A stretch of DNA of 64,000 bases from an uncultured delta proteobacterium. GTDB taxonomy: Bacteria; Desulfobacterota; Binatia; Binatales; Binataceae. The position numbers and the translations under genes were made by a program. The notes under the pieces were generated by a model. It did not search any database, was not told where the DNA came from, and worked only from the letters and a program-made list of their open reading frames with translations. The stretch is taken from positions 1,856,001 to 1,920,000 of the forward strand of contig CAVXXK010000001.1 of NCBI GenBank assembly GCA_963765675.1. The letters run 5' to 3'. Of this stretch, positions 18,974 to 28,731 are shown piece by piece. Each line of letters starts with the position of its first letter. Position 1 is the first letter of the stretch.

Positions 18974-19810
18974 ATGTCCAACGGCGCAGCTACACTGGAG
19001 GCAGCGCGGCCGGCGTCCGATGCCGGGCGGCTGGCCGCGGCCGGAACGCGCACCGGCTTTTCTCCGGCGCGGATGATCGCGGTGATGCGCAAGGAATTGC
19101 GCTCGTACTTCGCGTTTCCGCTGGTGTATATCGTCGCGGCGGTGTTCACACTGTTCGCAGGAATCCGCGCGTGGAGCGATCTGAACTTTTTCGAGACGAT
19201 GTCGTTCGCGCGCGACATTATCCAGAACTACTGGCAGTTACTATTCTCGGATATCCGGCAGGTGTTGTGGCTGACGCTGCCGTTCATCACGATGCGATCG
19301 TTCGCGGAGGAGCGCAAACTCGGAACGATCGAGTTGCTATATACCTATCCGATCCGCGACGGCGAAATACTGGGCGGCAAGTTTCTCGCGGCGATCGTGA
19401 TCTTCCTGATGATGCTCTCGTTCACGCTGCTCTACCCGGTGTACGTTTACTGGATACATGCGTTCCCGCTGTTTCCGCTGCTGGCGGGATATATCGGGTT
19501 GCTGCTGATCGGCGCGGCGTTTATCGCCTTTGGGGTCTTTGTATCCTCGCTGTGCGAGAGTCAGGTGGTCGCGGGTGTCGCGACCCTGGTCGGGCTGCTG
19601 CTCATCTGGGTGCTCAACTGGAATGAAGCCGCGTTCCAGTCCTCGTGGCTCGACGCGCTCCGCGCGTTTTCGATGTTCGATGAGTTCGATACCTTCGCCA
19701 AGGGCGTAATTGATATCGATCACATTACCTACTTCCTGTTCTTCATAGTATTTTTCCTGTTTCTGACCATGCGCTCGATGGGGGCACGCAAGTGGACCGG
19801 CCGGAGATAA
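18974..19810 (+). CDS. ABC-2 type permease (GldF-like)
   Basis: RKELRSYF, MRSFAEERKLGTIELL..PI; six TM segments. Confidence 0.88.
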   Translation: MSNGAATLEAARPASDAGRLAAAGTRTGFSPARMIAVMRKELRSYFAFPLVYIVAAVFTLFAGIRAWSDLNFFETMSFARDIIQNYWQLLFSDIRQVLWLTLPFITMRSFAEERKLGTIELLYTYPIRDGEILGGKFLAAIVIFLMMLSFTLLYPVYVYWIHAFPLFPLLAGYIGLLLIGAAFIAFGVFVSSLCESQVVAGVATLVGLLLIWVLNWNEAAFQSSWLDALRAFSMFDEFDTFAKGVIDIDHITYFLFFIVFFLFLTMRSMGARKWTGRR

Positions 19811-21225
19811 AACCGCAGCCCGAGGCGCGGGGTTCGATATGGCGCAACTACGCCATATTGATTTACACGGTGGTCGCACTTGCGGCGGTGCTGATCGTGC
19901 TCAACATGATCATCACAGAACACAACGTGCGCTTCGATCTGACTCCTAACAAGAAATACTCACTGTCGGATTTCGACAAGCGCGTGCTGGGCGGTCTGAC
20001 GCATCCGGTCAAGGTGATGGCGTTCGTGCGCACTGAGGATCCGGCTTATCTCGAACTTGCGGACCTGCTGTTCCAGGCGGCCGCGTTCACCCCGCAGCTT
20101 ACCTACCAGGTGATCGACGTGAACAAGGCGCCGGGTCTGGCGCATCAGTACGGGGTTTCAAGCTACGGCGAGGTGGTGGTCGAGTCGCAAAACCGGCGGC
20201 GCGATTTTGACAACGCGCGCTCCGACGAGCTGATACCCGCGATTCTGCAGATTTCCGCGGATAGCACCAAGCACATCTACTTTACCACCGGCCACGGTGA
20301 GCGCGATCTATACGACGCGGATCACACCATCGGCTATTCGGAATGGCGTGGGCTGCTCGAGCAGAATAACTACCAGGTCGATAACGTGTCGCTGTTCGCC
20401 AGCGGAGTCCCCGACGATTGCAAGGTGCTGGTGTCGCTCGGACCGCGCAAGGATTTTCTGCCCGAAGAGCTCGCCGCGCTGGCAAAATATCTTGGCAACG
20501 GCGGCCACTACGTCGCGTTTATCGATCCTTACGGCTCACCCAGCCTGGTCAAATTCCTGCAGCAGTATGGAATGAGTTTTACCGATCGGGTGGTGGTCGA
20601 TCCCGCCTACCGGCTGACGGCCGGCGAAATTCTGACGACACAGATACCTCTGCGCTCCGAGGACAACGCCATCAGCCGCGCGATGGCGGCGCCGGCGGTG
20701 TTTTCGCTCGCACGCGGAGTGGATATCACCTTCAAGGTGGGAGCCGCCGCGCCTGACAGCCTGAAGGTCGCGCAGGAAAATGAATTTCTGCGCTCATCGC
20801 ACGAAAGCTGGGCCTCCGGCGACCCGAAGGCGCTGACCACCGGAATCACCGAGTTTCAGTCTCCGCGCGATACCAAGGGACCAATCCCGGTGGGCTCGGA
20901 AATCGACTACACCCCGGCAACCGCGCCGCATATTCCTCTGGAACAGATGACGCGCCTGGTCGGATTTGGAAGCTCGGGGTTCGCGTCGAATCAGTTTATC
21001 GAGATGCTCGGGAATCGCGATCTCGCGGTCAGCCTGGTTAACGAACTGGCCGGCGACGAAATGCTGATTTCGAGCCGCGAAATGCTCAACAAGGCAGATA
21101 CCGCGGGTTTCTACGCGACCGACCGGCAAGCTGACTGGCTCGCCTATCTCGCTGCCGGGTTCGAAACTATCCTGCTGTTGACGATCGCGATCGCCGTCTT
21201 CGTGCGCAGGAGGTTCTTCGCGTGA
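19792..21225 (+). CDS. GldG-like ABC auxiliary/substrate-binding component
   Basis: RFDLTPNKKYSLS, IYFTTGHGE, GNRDL..VNELAG; TM segments at both termini. Confidence 0.85.
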   Translation: MDRPEIKPQPEARGSIWRNYAILIYTVVALAAVLIVLNMIITEHNVRFDLTPNKKYSLSDFDKRVLGGLTHPVKVMAFVRTEDPAYLELADLLFQAAAFTPQLTYQVIDVNKAPGLAHQYGVSSYGEVVVESQNRRRDFDNARSDELIPAILQISADSTKHIYFTTGHGERDLYDADHTIGYSEWRGLLEQNNYQVDNVSLFASGVPDDCKVLVSLGPRKDFLPEELAALAKYLGNGGHYVAFIDPYGSPSLVKFLQQYGMSFTDRVVVDPAYRLTAGEILTTQIPLRSEDNAISRAMAAPAVFSLARGVDITFKVGAAAPDSLKVAQENEFLRSSHESWASGDPKALTTGITEFQSPRDTKGPIPVGSEIDYTPATAPHIPLEQMTRLVGFGSSGFASNQFIEMLGNRDLAVSLVNELAGDEMLISSREMLNKADTAGFYATDRQADWLAYLAAGFETILLLTIAIAVFVRRRFFA

Positions 21226-21764
21226 GCATCCGGTCGGCGATCGTCCTGAGTATCGTCTTCATCATTCTGCTGCCGATTTATCTGTGGGGCCGGCCGGAGA
21301 TTAAGCGCAACGCGCAGCTTACGGACAAACAGGAGAGCCTGCTGGGGCTCGACGGAATCGACGCGATCACGCTAGCTCGCGGTACGGAAACGATTCATTT
21401 TCAAAAAACGGCGGACGGCAAGTTGTACGCGATCACGCAGCCGCCCAACGCCTTTATCCCGCAGGATCTGATGAATGCGACGACGGCGCTGTTGATCAAC
21501 GCCAAGCAGGTCGAGGTGGTCGCCGACAATCTGAACGACCTCGCACAGTTCGAGCTTGACCAGCCCAAGGTCTCGATGACGATCGAATCCAAGAACAAGC
21601 CGCAGCCGATCAAGATTCTGTTCGGTGGCGAGAATCCTACCAAGACCGCGATTTATGCGGAAATCGTCGGAGTGCCCAAGGTGTTCCTGCTTGGGCGCAA
21701 TCTCGAGTACTACCAGACCCTGATGTTTCAGTGGGTCGAGGGCAAGCAGGGCAAGAACGCCTGA
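21222..21764 (+). CDS. DUF4340-like membrane-anchored protein
   Basis: DLAQFELDQPK..ILFGGENP…YA; usual fourth gene of Gld-like ABC operons. Confidence 0.7.
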   Translation: MSIRSAIVLSIVFIILLPIYLWGRPEIKRNAQLTDKQESLLGLDGIDAITLARGTETIHFQKTADGKLYAITQPPNAFIPQDLMNATTALLINAKQVEVVADNLNDLAQFELDQPKVSMTIESKNKPQPIKILFGGENPTKTAIYAEIVGVPKVFLLGRNLEYYQTLMFQWVEGKQGKNA

Positions 21765-21787
21765 GCCGGCGGACCCGCTCCAGCGAT

Positions 21788-22106
21788 TCAGCTTTCGAGG
21801 GCGCGCAGCCGATTCATAATCTCACCGGCGCTGGTGATTCCTTTCTCGGTGACGGTCCGCTCGAGAGCGCGCAGAAAATGCTGATAGTACTCGCCATGAT
21901 TCGAGGTGCCGTCGCGTTCGCGGACCCGATCCGACGCGCCGAACCTCTTCGATCAACCGCATGCGAAACTCGTCCCAGGAAAAAAGTCCTGCCTCGCTGA
22001 GCCCCAGCGCCAACGCGAACGCGCGCGCTTCCCACGGCGCGCTGAAGATCTCGGAGCTGCTCACGCCGACGCCCTCGAGCAGGCTCTCGATTCGCCGCTC
22101 GGTCAT
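21788..22106 (-). CDS. Nitrile hydratase accessory protein; +1 frameshift at ~21942
   Basis: [22 protein letters not shown] in one frame; the expected [18 protein letters not shown] continues in the shifted frame to TGA at 21788. Confidence 0.8.
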
Positions 22107-22723
22107 CGCGCGTTCTGCTCCGCGGGCGCGGCAACCTTGGCGACGCCGATCATCGAGTCGCGCGTGACCAGAGCCGCGAGCTCGGCTTCCGTCATCGATT
22201 CGGTTCCCTTTGGGCGCTCGGGAATGACGATATAGCGCTGCTCGGCGCTCGAATCCCATACCCGTACTTCCACGTCGTCAGGGATGACGAGCCCGAACTC
22301 GCGCATCACGCCGCGCGGATCGCTGACCGCGCGCGAGCGGTAGGCAAAACTCTTGTACCAGGCCGGCGGCAGCCCGAGCACCGGCCACGGATAGCAGGAG
22401 CAGAGCGTGCAGACGACCAGATTGTGGACGCGCGGCGTGTTCTCGACCGCAACCAGATGGCCGCCCTCGGGACCGGCGATTCCGAGCTCGGCGCAGGCAG
22501 CGACCGCGTCGGTCATCAGGCGGCGGTGAAACTCGGTGTCGCACCACGACTTGGCGACGACGCGCGCGCCGGCTCGCGGACCGACCGCGTGCTGATAGGT
22601 CTCGATAATCTGGTCGAGCCGCGCTGAATCGACGAGTCCCTTTTCGGTGAGCAATTCTTCGAGCGCTTTGACGCGCGCGGCAGGTCCGCGCACCGAAGTG
22701 TCGTGATGATGGTCGTCGGGCAT
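22103..22723 (-). CDS. nthA: Nitrile hydratase alpha subunit, cobalt type
   Basis: [23 protein letters not shown] metal-binding motif (CTLCSC indicates Co type). Confidence 0.95.
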   Translation of the reverse strand: MPDDHHHDTSVRGPAARVKALEELLTEKGLVDSARLDQIIETYQHAVGPRAGARVVAKSWCDTEFHRRLMTDAVAACAELGIAGPEGGHLVAVENTPRVHNLVVCTLCSCYPWPVLGLPPAWYKSFAYRSRAVSDPRGVMREFGLVIPDDVEVRVWDSSAEQRYIVIPERPKGTESMTEAELAALVTRDSMIGVAKVAAPAEQNAR

Positions 22724-22727
22724 AGAT

Positions 22728-23442
22728 CTATCCTTTGCGGCGAGTACTTGCGCGCGATTTCGCTTTCGATTTCTTTTTCGCCACCGGACGCGCGGCAGGT
22801 TTGCTCTCGGCGGATTCGAGATAATCTTCCCACAGGTCGATCACGATCTCGTCTCGTGGATGCGCTGGCGGTCCGAACACTTCGCGCGTCTTGAACGCGA
22901 CGTTGTACACGTGCTGGCGCGCTTCGCCCGCGTGATGCGCGTTGGTATCCGGAAATGTATAGACGTCCCGATCGTTTCGAATCACGCCGGCTTTTCCGCG
23001 CACGTAACGCGGCAGGCGGGTGTGTCCCGCGGGATTGATATTGCGCGCGCGCACGCGCTGACCCGCGCGAAACTTCGCGCGCGGATTCTTTGCTCGAGGC
23101 TTCGCGGCGGCGACCTGCGCCGCGGGAATCGCCGCGATTTCGCCGCCCGCGCGCGCTTCGATCTCAGCGCCGGGAGAGGATTCCTTTTTCGATGAGCAGC
23201 GTCTGCGCCGCGTGAAGCCATCGTTCGTAGTAACCGGAAGCGAGGTAGCGCGCCGGAGGTATCCGCTCGATCGCGTGGCGGAACTCGTCGACGTTCGCAC
23301 CGGTGCGCCCGAGCACGATGTTGACGAGTGCGAAGGCGCGCGCCTCCCAATCCGAATGGAACTGCGTGGATTCGTCCGCCGCGCCGTGCTCGACGCGGCC
23401 GAAACCGTCCATCCCGCCCATGTCGTGAATTCCATTCATCAT
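22728..23442 (-). CDS. nthB: Nitrile hydratase beta subunit; +1 frameshift at ~23172
   Basis: [14 protein letters not shown]…YYERWL (23164-23442) and [12 protein letters not shown]…IDLWEDYLE (22728 frame) are joined by removing one base. Confidence 0.88.
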
Positions 23443-23497
23443 ATGACCTTCACGATTATCGGCGCGCGAGCGCTGCGCTGGCAAGCGCGCAGCAGCA

Positions 23498-24616
23498 CTA
23501 AAGCTTGAAGTGCGACGCAGCTCGCGCGTAGCGCGGATCGTCGTGGCGATTGCGGTCGGGGTCGCATCCGCGGGCGAGCGCCGAAAAATAGGTGAACAAC
23601 TGAAGCGACAGGATGATCGCGAAGGGGATGGTGATTTCGTCGCGCCCCTCGACGCGAATCGTCTGCTCCGCGATATCAGCGAGCTTCGCGGCGGCGCCGG
23701 TCACGATAGCGAGCCGCGCCGCGCCGATCTCGCCCGCCGCGCGTGCCACTTGCACCAGACGCGGAGCGGTGGCGGCGTCGCTCGCGATAAGAACGATCAG
23801 GCTGTCCGCGTCGAGTGAGGCGATCGGGCCGTGCAAAAATTCCTCGGTCTCGATCGCCTCGGCATACGTAAACGTCGCTTCCTTGAGCTTGAGCGCGCCC
23901 TCGCGCGCGCACGCGTATGCGGGCCCGGCGCCGACCAGCACGATTCTACGGAAGCCGCGGAATTTTTCCGCGGCGGCGCGCTCGGCAGACGGATCGGCGA
24001 GGCGGCGTTCGAGCTGCGCCGGAACTTCCGCGAATTCGCGGCGCACGGAGAGCGCGCGTTCGTGGTCGCCGCGTGCGAGCGCGGTTTCGATCGCGAGCTC
24101 CATGAGGATCGCGAGCGCGCCGGTCAGGCTCTTGGTATGCGCGCCGGATTTTTCCTGCGCGGTTGTTAGGAAGACGAAATCCGCCGCGTGCGCGCCCGCG
24201 CGTGGATTCTCGCCGCAGATGGCGGCGGTCAGGATGTGCTCGAGGTTTCCGCCCGCCGCAAGACGAGCGGGAAACTCGCGCCATCCGCGATGCGAGATTG
24301 CGACGATCGCCGCGCCATGCGCCGCCGGAGCCTCGTAATGCAACTGCTCGAACGAGTTGAGCGCGCGCGCCGGATCAAGTCCACCAACCGCGCGCATCCA
24401 ATATGCCCCGAGCATCGCGGCGTGCAGCGAGCTTCCGATTCCGGAGAGCGTGACCGAAGGCGCGTCCGCGATGCGGCGCGCGAATTCCGCGATTGCCGGA
24501 CGGCCGCGCGCGATCGCCCCCGCGATCGCGGCGGGCTGCTCGTGAATATGCTCCCACATGAAATAGGGATGCGCACTGCGCGCGTCGTCAGCGGAATTTT
24601 TTCGGTCCTGCTTCAC
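23498..24616 (-). CDS. Double SIS-domain sugar-phosphate isomerase/deglycase (GlmS C-terminal/FrlB-like)
   Basis: MWEHIHEQP, GIGSSLHAA, AHTKS, EGALKLKE, EEFLHGP; no glutaminase domain. Confidence 0.85.
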   Translation of the reverse strand: MKQDRKNSADDARSAHPYFMWEHIHEQPAAIAGAIARGRPAIAEFARRIADAPSVTLSGIGSSLHAAMLGAYWMRAVGGLDPARALNSFEQLHYEAPAAHGAAIVAISHRGWREFPARLAAGGNLEHILTAAICGENPRAGAHAADFVFLTTAQEKSGAHTKSLTGALAILMELAIETALARGDHERALSVRREFAEVPAQLERRLADPSAERAAAEKFRGFRRIVLVGAGPAYACAREGALKLKEATFTYAEAIETEEFLHGPIASLDADSLIVLIASDAATAPRLVQVARAAGEIGAARLAIVTGAAAKLADIAEQTIRVEGRDEITIPFAIILSLQLFTYFSALARGCDPDRNRHDDPRYARAASHFKL

Positions 24617-24728
24617 CTGATTTCTCTTTTCGTGGCCGGTGCTGATCTTCTGTGATGCGCCCAGGCACGCTCTGTCACGCGCTGTCGGACGCGCACTTGA
24701 AGCGCATCGGCGGCGGTTGATAGGTTCG

Positions 24729-25196
24729 ATGGTTATCGTCGTGGCGGGGAAACCAAAGAGCAAGTGGCCGATTGATTTGCGCTTTTGCGGATTCCTTTCC
24801 GCCGTCTGGGCGCTCCATCTCGTGCTCCGAGTATTTGACGCCGATCCGATGATCGAGGCGTCCGAGCCGATTCACGCGCTGGTCGCCGGAATTTTATTTT
24901 ACGGCGATCAGGCGCGAATCCTGAAGCTGGTCGAGGCGGGCATCTTCTGGGCGATCGCGGTCGGGCTCATGATGAGCCGCCGATGGGGCCTGGTGCTCGC
25001 GCTGATCTATGGGGCCGAAGTCGTGATGAGCCATCTGGTGTTCGTCGTCGCGTACCGGAATGTGCGGCCGGAGTGGTATCACGTTCATCTTGCGGCCAAT
25101 GAGGGACCGTTCGTGGTGCTGCTGACGCTCTATCTGTGGATCCGCGCCTGCGACTTGATCTTCGTGGACTCTCCGCCCGGCGCACCGCATCCCTAG
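24729..25196 (+). CDS. Hypothetical integral membrane protein
   Basis: Four hydrophobic segments; no recognised family. Confidence 0.6.
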   Translation: MVIVVAGKPKSKWPIDLRFCGFLSAVWALHLVLRVFDADPMIEASEPIHALVAGILFYGDQARILKLVEAGIFWAIAVGLMMSRRWGLVLALIYGAEVVMSHLVFVVAYRNVRPEWYHVHLAANEGPFVVLLTLYLWIRACDLIFVDSPPGAPHP

Positions 25197-25951
25197 CTGC
25201 GCAGCATCAGGCCGCCGTCGGCGCGAATTCCGGCGCCCGTCACGTAACCTGCGTCGTCGGAGGCCAGAAACAAAATCACGCGCGCCATGTCCTCGGGCTG
25301 GCCGAGCCGCCTGAGCGCCGTCTTCTTTTCCCACACCCTGCGAATTTCTTCGCGATCGAAATTCGCGCGCGTCATCCCGGTGTAAATCGGTCCGGGCATG
25401 ATGTAGTTGCAGCGGATTCCGTGCTTGCCGTATTCGAGCGCGACCGTGCGCGTCAGGCCCGCCACGCCCGCCTTTGACGAGCAGTAAGCGGCGAGGCCGT
25501 AGTCGGTGACTTCCGCCATCACCGAGGCGACGTTGACGATCGAGCCGCCGCCCGCCTTGACGAGTTCCGGGATCGCGCGCTTGATCAGCATGAACTGTCC
25601 GCGCACGTTGACGTTGTGCACGCGGTCCCATTCGGCCAGCGGCAATTCGCCGACGATTGCGTTGGTGCCCGTGCCGGCGTTGTTGACGACCGTCGTGAGC
25701 TTCCCGAAGCGCTCGAGCGCGAGCCCGACCAATCGCGGCGCAGTATCCTCGTGGGCCACGTCGGCCGCGAGCGCCGCGCTGGTGGCGCCGGCCGCTTCAA
25801 GCATCCGCTGAGTTTCGGCGGTTGCCTCCGCTGAGAGGTCGCTATGGATCACACGCGCGCCCTCGGCAGCGAGCAGCATCGCGGTAGCCCGTCCGATCCC
25901 GGAGCCCGCGCCAGTAACGATCGCAACTTTTCCCGCCATTCTGTCAGCCAT
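25193..25951 (-). CDS. SDR family oxidoreductase
   Basis: TGAGSGIG, NNAG, YCSSK. Confidence 0.93.
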   Translation of the reverse strand: MADRMAGKVAIVTGAGSGIGRATAMLLAAEGARVIHSDLSAEATAETQRMLEAAGATSAALAADVAHEDTAPRLVGLALERFGKLTTVVNNAGTGTNAIVGELPLAEWDRVHNVNVRGQFMLIKRAIPELVKAGGGSIVNVASVMAEVTDYGLAAYCSSKAGVAGLTRTVALEYGKHGIRCNYIMPGPIYTGMTRANFDREEIRRVWEKKTALRRLGQPEDMARVILFLASDDAGYVTGAGIRADGGLMLRS

Positions 25952-26066
25952 GAGGTATCTCCAATTTCAGATTTGTAGCGGATCGTTGGAACAGCCTTCG
26001 CGAGCCGCCTCTCTTCTGCCTACACTTTGAGAGCCCGTCGATTTTTTCGCAAACTCTTCTGATCTG

Positions 26067-26538
26067 ATCCCTCGCCCAGTAGAGGGTGTCGATAAATGGC
26101 GAGTTCTTGTCCGTCATCCTGAACCCTTCGGCGCAGCTCAGGGCAGGCTCCGTGAAGGATCTCCGCGAAGCGATTAGTGCGAAGGGCCAGGGTTGGTTGC
26201 ACTAATCGCTTCGCGGGGATCCTTCGCCTGCGGCTCAGGATGACGGACGGGGTTTTCGATTATCGACAGCCGTGGGCTACTTGGGCGATTCTTTCTATGA
26301 AATCAAAGGGTGATGGGTCAGTTTGAGAATTGACGTGACGGTGGTGTGTCATTCCCGTGCGTGCCTGCCGCGCGAGGAATTCCGGACGAGGGGCACGGCA
26401 TGAGGCGTGGACTCCGAGCATGGCCGCCTCGGGATTCCTCGCCCAAGGCTCGGAATGACGATATCCGGGGGGCTCGGCTGAGGTTACGATACTCATGCAT
26501 TAAGCCTTCATCCGTCATTTCGACCGAAGGGAGAAATC
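26067..26538. repeat. Cluster of REP-like palindromes (families A, C, D, E) downstream of tRNA-Met
   Basis: Family A remnant at 26067; family C doublet 26112-26245 (cgtcatcctga…tcaggatgacg); family D doublet 26348-26460; family E cgtcatttcgaccgaagggagaaatc 26513-26538. Confidence 0.8.
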
Positions 26539-26706
26539 TCCGAGGCGTCCATGCACTCATCCTCGGGTGAGGTAAAGGCCAGGGCCGAGCACTGGTTTCC
26601 TCACGCGGCATCTACGCACTGACAACCGTACACGCGCGCAACAGTGGAACACCAATGACTTATTGATTGAAAGGCACCAGGGCTTTCGTCAAGGTTGCGG
26701 TATTTT

Positions 26707-26783
26707 TGGTGGCGGCGGTAGGAGTCGAACCTACGACACTGCGGATATGAGCCGCATGCTCTAACCAACTGAGCTACGCCGCC
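26707..26783 (-). tRNA. tRNA-Met (CAT), elongator type
   Basis: ggcggcgtagctcagttggttagagca-tgcgg-ctCATat-ccgca…ggttcgactcc…cgccgccacca; fully paired acceptor stem. Confidence 0.95.
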
Positions 26784-26831
26784 ACCGTGAATTGTTCACA
26801 ATAGCGGTCCTCGAAATGTCGCGAAAGACTC

Positions 26832-27548
26832 TCAGCGCAGCGCAATCGCCCGCGATTTGACCTGCCGACTCCCGCGCGAGACCTGGTACAGCACGCCCTC
26901 GTTGAACTCGACGCAGGTCAGCTTCCCGCCGTAAACCAGCCCGGTATCGATCCCAAGCTTGTACGGCAGATCGATCATCACGCCGCGCATGGGAGTGTGG
27001 CCAAAGACCACGGTCGCGTCGATCCGATGCGGGTTGAAGATAAATTCCTGCCGAATCCAGAGCAGGTCTTCGGTCTGTTGCTCTTCGAGCTGGCGCGTCG
27101 GCATGATTCCCGCGTGCACGAACAGGTACGGCGGCCGCAGATAGCTGATTGCGAGCCGTTTGTAGAAGTCGAGATGCGCCTCGGGGATGCGATGCACCGC
27201 TTCCGACAGATCGTCTTCGCGCACGCCGTAGCTTTCGAGCGTCGCAACGCCGCCGTTGAACAGAAACGACTCGCCGTAATTCCCCGGCATCCCGAGGTAC
27301 GAGAGCATCATGTCCTCGTGATTGCCTTTCAAGAACACGCCTTCGGCGCCGGTCTTCTCGACCTGCATCGCAAGCTCGATTACGTCGCGCGCACACGGGC
27401 CGCGATCGACGTAGTCGCCGACGAAAACCACGGTGTCGCCCGCGACCGGCGCGATCGCTTTCAGGATCGCGTCGAGCTCGTCGGGACATCCGTGAATATC
27501 GCCGATTGCGAACAGGCGGCCGGAGAGTTTTTGTTTGCGGCTCGACAT
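26832..27548 (-). CDS. Calcineurin-like metallophosphoesterase (Ser/Thr phosphatase, PphA-like)
   Basis: GDIHG, GDYVDRG, GNHED, FVHAG, FGHTP, IDTG. Confidence 0.92.
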   Translation of the reverse strand: MSSRKQKLSGRLFAIGDIHGCPDELDAILKAIAPVAGDTVVFVGDYVDRGPCARDVIELAMQVEKTGAEGVFLKGNHEDMMLSYLGMPGNYGESFLFNGGVATLESYGVREDDLSEAVHRIPEAHLDFYKRLAISYLRPPYLFVHAGIMPTRQLEEQQTEDLLWIRQEFIFNPHRIDATVVFGHTPMRGVMIDLPYKLGIDTGLVYGGKLTCVEFNEGVLYQVSRGSRQVKSRAIALR

Positions 27549-27558
27549 GGTCGATGGC

Positions 27559-28593
27559 TCAGCGCTTTTTGTCACCGCTGTCCGAGAGCAGATGCGCCAT
27601 AGCGTCGCGATCTTCGATAATCCGACGCGCCGCACTGTAGGGATTCACGCGCCCGGACTCGACCTCTTTGACGATCTCGGGCGCGCGTCCATTCTGCAGC
27701 GAGCGGATCGCGCGTTCTTCGAGTTCCGCCGCCAGAATTTCCACGAACTCGCGCCGGCGCCGCTCCGCCGTCTGCGCGTCGTTGCGATGCGCCAGCAGGT
27801 ACTCGCGATGCTTCCCGAGCGCATCGACCAGCGCGTCAATGCCGGTGCCGGCCGCAGCTTGCGTCATCATCACGAGCGGACGCCATCCACCCGCCGGCCT
27901 CAGATGCACGTTCAGCTCGAGCTCCGCCTTGACCCGGTCGGCGCCCTCGCGGTCGGACTTGTTGACGACGAACAGGTCGGCGATTTCGTTCAGTCCCGCC
28001 TTCATCACCTGCACCGAATCGCCGCCTTCAGGAACTGTCACCACCACCGTGGTGTCGGCAAGGTCCATGATTGAGAGCTCGGTCTGGCCAACGCCGACCG
28101 TCTCGATAAGGATCACGTCGTGGCCGAACGCGTCGAGCAGCTTTACGATTTCGCGCGCCGCCCGCGAGAGTCCGCCGTGGCTCCCGCGCGACGACAGGCT
28201 GCGAATATGCACGCCCGCGTCCTTGTAGTGGTCGGTCATGCGCACGCGGTCGCCCAGCACCGCGCCGCCCGAGAATGGACTCGAAGGATCGATCGCGAGG
28301 ACCGCGACTTCCTTTCCGAGCGCGCGATATTTCGCGATCAAGCGATTCACCAGCGTCGATTTTCCTGCTCCCGGCGGCCCCGTAATTCCGATCACGTGCG
28401 CGCGTCCGACTTGAGGATATATCCGCTCGATAATCGCGCTCGACTCGGGCATCCGGTTTTCCACCCGCGTCATCAGCCGATAAAGCGCGAGCTCGTCGTG
28501 AGCGGCAAAGCGCCGCAGGTAGTCCTCGAGGTTGAATTTCGCCTCGGTTGCGGCGCCGTCGACGCGGGAGCGATCTTGTGACTCAGAAGGCAT
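27559..28593 (-). CDS. meaB: Methylmalonyl-CoA mutase-associated GTPase MeaB
   Basis: GITGPPGAGKST, DPSSPFSGGAVLGDRVRM, ETVGVGQ, VNKSD. Confidence 0.94.
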   Translation of the reverse strand: MPSESQDRSRVDGAATEAKFNLEDYLRRFAAHDELALYRLMTRVENRMPESSAIIERIYPQVGRAHVIGITGPPGAGKSTLVNRLIAKYRALGKEVAVLAIDPSSPFSGGAVLGDRVRMTDHYKDAGVHIRSLSSRGSHGGLSRAAREIVKLLDAFGHDVILIETVGVGQTELSIMDLADTTVVVTVPEGGDSVQVMKAGLNEIADLFVVNKSDREGADRVKAELELNVHLRPAGGWRPLVMMTQAAAGTGIDALVDALGKHREYLLAHRNDAQTAERRRREFVEILAAELEERAIRSLQNGRAPEIVKEVESGRVNPYSAARRIIEDRDAMAHLLSDSGDKKR

Positions 28594-28731
28594 CGTAGTC
28601 CGTCGGTCGATCATAGCTGCACGCGTCGAAAGCACGCAACGTGGCGCCCGGGACCGCGTTGTTTTCCCAGGGGCCGGGTCCTATTGTTGTCATGGCTGGT
28701 GAACACGGGCTTTAGCCTGTGTCTTTCCGCG

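Noticed and set aside
22728-23442. Thiocyanate hydrolase-type naturally split beta subunit
   Set aside because: The second half has no independent start or RBS, and a one-base deletion restores a normal nthB.
26640-26706. Prophage or island att site at tRNA-Met
   Set aside because: No integrase and no duplicated tRNA 3' end were seen within the window.
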